From the NCBI GenBank assembly GCA_029856155.1, contig JAHQWL010000040.1:1-64000 (forward strand): a stretch of DNA of 64,000 nt, written 5' to 3'. Position 1 is the stretch's first letter; every line of letters starts with the position of its first letter. Shown here piece after piece: positions 59,502-64,000 of the stretch. The notes beneath the pieces are model-generated. The model saw only the letters and a list, made by a program, of their open reading frames with translations. It made no database searches and had not been told where the DNA came from. Source of the DNA: Promethearchaeia archaeon (GTDB taxonomy: Archaea > Asgardarchaeota > Lokiarchaeia > Sigyniarchaeales > SOKP01). Position numbers and translations under genes: made by a program.

Positions 59502-60325
59502 TTTTATCTATGGACGATAAAGAATCAGCCAAAAATTCAATCAAAGATACAATTAAGAGGAAGATAAAAGAAAAAATAAAACAAGAACTACTAGATGAAA
59601 TCTGTGAAGAACTAGCATTAGAAGAAGACGAATTAACAGAAGAAATTTCTTCAATTCTTACAAAAAAAACTTCTAATAAACCAACTATAAAACTTACAAA
59701 GATCCCTACAGCAGAAATTACAGAAAAAAAAGAGGTTGATATTCAAGAAGAAGAGAAAATCAATAAGGAAATTTATATTTCAGTAAAAGCGATCCTTAAA
59801 ATAGCGAGTCATGCACTTAAATATGCGAATTCTAAGATTCCAAGAGAAAAATGGGTGGAAGTTATAGGACTTTTAGCAGGAAAGATAGAAAAAAACAATG
59901 GTATCTTACATATTGAGGATGCTTATCCAATGGGGCATGGTACAGCTGTCTATGCTGAAATTAAAGATTATAAAAACTATGCTAGAGCATTCCAAGATAT
60001 TAAAAAACAAAGATTATTTATCTGTGGGTGGTATCATTCACACCCGAGCTATGGATGTTTTTTAAGTTCGGAAGATATGGGTACGCAAGCTAGATATCAA
60101 AAACTTTGGGATAAATCCGTTGCTCTTGTCATTGATCCATACCAAATTGATGGAAAATCCACAGGATTTGAAATATATACAGCGGATCTTAGAACTAAAA
60201 CATGGTATCCTTTAGTGTACGGAATTAAGGGATCACTAGATATTAAGATGCTTCCAGAAATTTTAAAATTTATGAATCCAATTATTGAAGGGAAAGCTGT
60301 ATACCTTGAATATGATGAAGATTAA
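59495..60325 (+). CDS. JAMM/MPN+ isopeptidase (Rpn11/CSN5-like); likely start 59510
   Basis: EVIGLL and GWYHSHPSYGCFLSSED, ALVIDP. Confidence 0.92.
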   Translation: MVILSMDDKESAKNSIKDTIKRKIKEKIKQELLDEICEELALEEDELTEEISSILTKKTSNKPTIKLTKIPTAEITEKKEVDIQEEEKINKEIYISVKAILKIASHALKYANSKIPREKWVEVIGLLAGKIEKNNGILHIEDAYPMGHGTAVYAEIKDYKNYARAFQDIKKQRLFICGWYHSHPSYGCFLSSEDMGTQARYQKLWDKSVALVIDPYQIDGKSTGFEIYTADLRTKTWYPLVYGIKGSLDIKMLPEILKFMNPIIEGKAVYLEYDED

Positions 60326-60354
60326 AATATAAGAAATTTGGTGATAATTAAACT

Positions 60355-61542
60355 GTGCCTAAATTTAAAGCTGTCGCAATAACACTGACGATATTTTTAT
60401 TTATAGGCATAATACATGGTGCAATTTTAAATTCTTTTAATGTATTTGTGAGCTGGTTATTAATAGGAATATGGTTAATTTTTTCTTTCAAAGTTTTAAA
60501 AAATATTAAACAATATCGTGAATATCGAAGTCCTCACAATACTGCATTTTTTACCGTTGGTCCTGTTTTTGTAGGTATATTTTATTCCATCTGGGGAAAT
60601 TTTACTGGTTTATTAGGAGAAAATCTTCTTGTAATTTCAGATTTATATTTAAGTTGGTGGAGTATTCTATTTGGATTTCCTTATGTATTGTATGGCTCAA
60701 TATCGTTATATCATTGTTTTAAAAAATATAATGTAATTTATTTTGGGACAAAATCAATAAACGCACGAAAATTTGGCTATATGTTAGGTTTTTCAATTCT
60801 ATTTTTCATAATTGTTTACTGGATAAGTTTTTATTCACTTATCGACTACTATGAATCGTTATTAATACCTCTCCATTTTTTAATAGATCTTAATCTTTTA
60901 TTATTGCTTATTGGTTCTATATTAATAATAATTATTCACGGTTTTTTTGGAACTCGAACCCAATTACCCCGATTGACAAGAGATTATATAACTAGACGTA
61001 CAAGTAGATTGAATGATTTAGCATCACCTAATAGGCGTAGAGAAAGTACCCGTAGTACAATACGATCATCCCCCACACCATCAACTAGAACAGTATCTCG
61101 TACTTCAAGATCAGTTTCTAATTCCTCAAGATCAACTCCTACTGCACATATACAATCAAGGAGTTCTAGAGTCAAAACAACTACTCGAACTACAAGTGGT
61201 AGTAAAACAGGACAGCCATTTAGAAGTAGTAAAAGTTCTATAAAACACATAAATTTTAAGTTATATAGACCAAAAGCTGCGAATTTGTCAGTGGAAGATT
61301 TTAAATGCATATTTTGTTTTAGATTACCCGAATTTCCTAAGGATAAGGGAAGAGGAATAATTTTATGTCCAAATTGTAGATATCCCGCTCATGCGGATGA
61401 ATTCAAAGATTGGCTCAGAAGCTCTCGTCTTTGTTCTAGATGTAATGCTCCTATTCCATCAAGTTATAGGAAAAATCCTAAAATTATTAGTGTAAAAAAT
61501 TATATAGTCATTTATAAGAGCTTATTAAGCAAAAGACTGTAA
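60355..61542 (+). CDS. Multi-pass membrane RING-finger protein (putative E3)
   Basis: About 5-6 TM helices, S/T/R-rich linker, CIFC...CPNC...HADE..W......CSRC. Confidence 0.8.
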   Translation: MPKFKAVAITLTIFLFIGIIHGAILNSFNVFVSWLLIGIWLIFSFKVLKNIKQYREYRSPHNTAFFTVGPVFVGIFYSIWGNFTGLLGENLLVISDLYLSWWSILFGFPYVLYGSISLYHCFKKYNVIYFGTKSINARKFGYMLGFSILFFIIVYWISFYSLIDYYESLLIPLHFLIDLNLLLLLIGSILIIIIHGFFGTRTQLPRLTRDYITRRTSRLNDLASPNRRRESTRSTIRSSPTPSTRTVSRTSRSVSNSSRSTPTAHIQSRSSRVKTTTRTTSGSKTGQPFRSSKSSIKHINFKLYRPKAANLSVEDFKCIFCFRLPEFPKDKGRGIILCPNCRYPAHADEFKDWLRSSRLCSRCNAPIPSSYRKNPKIISVKNYIVIYKSLLSKRL

Positions 61543-61574
61543 TTTCTTTAAATTATTAGAATTTTAATTAAAAA

Positions 61575-62519
61575 CTAACTTCTAATTTTCAGTTTTTTTT
61601 TTAATTCCCCTACAGTTGTTTTCAATTCAGCATATACGTTATGTGGATGGATACTTTCAAAGCTTTCAATTTTAAATTTTATTTTAAAATCATCTTCAAG
61701 ATTGGCAAAATCTCTTATAATGAAATTTTTTGCCATTTCTCTGATAACATCTTCAGAAAAAAGAGGTTTTAAATGAGCACTTCTTACTAATTCAGCTTCT
61801 TCAGGTCTTTTTAAAACAGATTGAATTTTTCCACTCATGGAGTCCTCTATTACATCAATGATATCTAAAACATCTATCTTATGATTGGTAAGGTCTTTTA
61901 TCTGAATGATTATCGTTCCAATAGATCTTTGATTGTGAGAAGAAAAGGGTAGGATATTTAATAATTTGTTGAGATCCTCCTCTGAAACGTTAATATCTTT
62001 TCTAGAGTTCACAACTTGTTCTGCATATTCCAATGAAAGCTCTTTAGCGCAAGGACATACTGTCATACCGACTGCACTAGCACTTATAAAATAATTATAA
62101 TCAATATTGCCTGAAATATCTCGACTTGCTTTTACAAAAGAACTAATTTTATAGGATTTTTGAATGATTCTTTCATCATTTTCTCTTACTTGTACGATGA
62201 TTTTTCCCTCTAATTTAACTTCAGCTTTTGAAGTATATGGGTGACGTTCCATCAATCTTTTTACAATTCTATCTCCTACAAGCTCAATTGTAGGAGTCGG
62301 TTTGAAAATTACTTCATTAATGACTTCTTCAATAGTCTCTGAAGTTCGGGACATATGTATACCACGTTGCTCAGCAGGAAGATTGATTAATGCCGAAATT
62401 TTAGGGTAAAACGAGTATCTTTTATTTTCTTGAACAATCTCAACTTTTTTTTCTAATTCTACAATACCAACCTTATCTATGGGAATGTCTATTGCTGAAC
62501 CAGAGTCTTGCAAATCCAA
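61575..62519 (-). CDS. mptA: GTP cyclohydrolase, MptA/FolE2 type
   Basis: D.QD, RGIHMSR, GMTVCPCA, SHNQR, LKRPEE, ESIHPH. Confidence 0.88.
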   Translation of the reverse strand: MDLQDSGSAIDIPIDKVGIVELEKKVEIVQENKRYSFYPKISALINLPAEQRGIHMSRTSETIEEVINEVIFKPTPTIELVGDRIVKRLMERHPYTSKAEVKLEGKIIVQVRENDERIIQKSYKISSFVKASRDISGNIDYNYFISASAVGMTVCPCAKELSLEYAEQVVNSRKDINVSEEDLNKLLNILPFSSHNQRSIGTIIIQIKDLTNHKIDVLDIIDVIEDSMSGKIQSVLKRPEEAELVRSAHLKPLFSEDVIREMAKNFIIRDFANLEDDFKIKFKIESFESIHPHNVYAELKTTVGELKKKLKIRS

Positions 62520-62627
62520 TTTAAATTTGGGAATTTAAAGTCACCAGAATCAAAAATTAATTTTTTAATGTTCTATTTTTTAAAAGGATTAGAAATATTT
62601 AAAATGATTTACAATGTTTATGAATTA

Positions 62628-63797
62628 ATGGCTAATAAATACTTATTCAGCAATTATGCTTTAATTGGAGAGAATTTAGATTTAAAGCAGAATGTAAATT
62701 TAGAAATAGACCAAAATGGAAGAATTACCCATATTTCTTGCGATAATATAAGTGAAAATATCGAAATTCTAGCGAATCATCAGACATTTTTAATGATGCC
62801 AGGTTTTATAAACTCACATGTCCATATTGGAGATAATTTCGCAAAAGAATTGGGTTTTAATAAAGATCTAGGGGAAATTGTTGCCCCACCATTTGGTCTT
62901 AAACATAAATTATTAAGACAAACTCCAAAAGATATTAAAATTAATGGAATTCAAAATGCTGTTCTAGAAATGCTTTCAAATGGTATTACATTTTTTATTG
63001 ATTTTCGAGAGGAAGGAGTAGATGGTTTAAAGCTTTTAAAAACAGCGCTTACTGACAGTTCAATTAATTTTTTAGCTTTAGGACGATTTATGGATGAAAG
63101 TGAAATAGAATCTATATTTGATATAGCAGATGGTGTTGGATTATCTAGTTATAAACAAATTACTTCATCAAATAAAAGATTTATTGTATCTGCTAAACAT
63201 AAATTTAAAAAAATTATTGCTTGCCATTGTGCAGAAAAGATTCGTAGTGAAAATTTAATAGATAAAATATTTAACGATAATATTGTTGATGTCATTATTC
63301 ATGGAACCAAATTTACCAAAAAAGATTTAGAAAAAATAAATAGATATAATAAATCTCTTGTTTTATGTCCTCGTTGTAATGGATATTTTGGAACTGGATT
63401 TCCTCCCATCAGTGAAGTTATTAACTTGAAAATTCCAATATCATTAGGCACAGATAATTTAATGGTAAATAATACTGATTTATTTGAAGAGATAAGATAT
63501 CTTTATCGAATTTCGAGGGTTTTATGCAATTATAATAAAGAGCTTCAAGTTTCCTCCAAAGATTTATTGAAAATGATAACAATTAATGCTGCAAAAAATT
63601 TTAATCTCGAAAAAGAGTTTGGCTCAATTTCAATAGGAAAATTTGCTGATGTTTTTTTAATTGATCTTGGCTCTCCAAATCTTTTTTCTTCTAAATTAGA
63701 TTCTAATAATATATATAATTTAATTACTCAAAGAACAAAATCAGAAAATATAAAAAAGACATTTATTAAAGGAGGGTTAGTATTTGAAAAAAGTTAA
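62628..63797 (+). CDS. Metal-dependent amidohydrolase/deaminase
   Basis: PGFINSHVH, HCAE, CPRCN, LGTDN, G.I..GK.AD; start shifted from 62508 to avoid overlap with mptA. Confidence 0.85.
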   Translation: MANKYLFSNYALIGENLDLKQNVNLEIDQNGRITHISCDNISENIEILANHQTFLMMPGFINSHVHIGDNFAKELGFNKDLGEIVAPPFGLKHKLLRQTPKDIKINGIQNAVLEMLSNGITFFIDFREEGVDGLKLLKTALTDSSINFLALGRFMDESEIESIFDIADGVGLSSYKQITSSNKRFIVSAKHKFKKIIACHCAEKIRSENLIDKIFNDNIVDVIIHGTKFTKKDLEKINRYNKSLVLCPRCNGYFGTGFPPISEVINLKIPISLGTDNLMVNNTDLFEEIRYLYRISRVLCNYNKELQVSSKDLLKMITINAAKNFNLEKEFGSISIGKFADVFLIDLGSPNLFSSKLDSNNIYNLITQRTKSENIKKTFIKGGLVFEKS

Positions 63798-64000
63798 CAA
63801 CCCCTATATTATTTTAAACGCTGCAATGACTATAGATGGTAAAATTGCTACTAAAGAAGGTGATTCAGAATTATCGGATAAAGTTGACTGGAAAGAGGTT
63901 CATAAACTTCGAACTCAAGTTGATGCAATAATGGTAGGAAAGGAGACAATTTTAAAAGATAATCCAAAATTGCATATTAAATATTATAACCACAAAGGAT
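63784..64000 (+). CDS. Partial RibD-C/ArfC-type pyrimidine reductase (riboflavin pathway)
   Basis: TTG start; PYIILNAAMTIDGKIAT...VHKLRTQVDAIMVG..TILKDNPKL; runs off the window. Confidence 0.85.
   Translation, partial: MKKVNNPYIILNAAMTIDGKIATKEGDSELSDKVDWKEVHKLRTQVDAIMVGKETILKDNPKLHIKYYNHKG

Overview
AT-rich, gene-dense archaeal DNA. The mix of archaeal housekeeping genes (archaeal-type alaS, DTD2/dtdA, aroA', mptA, FtsZ) with eukaryote-signature proteins (Arf/Rag-like GTPase, longin-like domain, Ubl/E1/E2/JAB/RING) points to an Asgard archaeon, most likely Lokiarchaeia (inference). No rRNA, tRNA, CRISPR array or intact mobile element was recognised. Main modules: (1) 0-6.6 kb, accessory region with several short gene remnants; (2) 6.8-20.7 kb, redox island (rubredoxin, NAD(P)H:rubredoxin oxidoreductase, divergent CooS, Isf, glutaredoxins, FTR, CCG protein, two PDOs, TrxR); (3) 21.9-26.1 kb, co-oriented ArsR, small GTPase, MASE3-PAS histidine kinase and a receiver-longin fusion with a candidate arginine finger, a possible two-component-controlled GTPase switch; (4) three Cys-tailed Lrp paralogues; (5) 38-44 kb, SCP2-fused glycyl-radical enzyme, activase and AOR; (6) 53.6-61.5 kb, ubiquitin-like conjugation locus with two acidic-tailed Ubls ending STAG, a membrane-anchored non-conjugatable Ubl, E1, E2, JAMM protease and a multi-pass membrane RING. 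Family assignments come from motif recognition by eye; no database searches were run.
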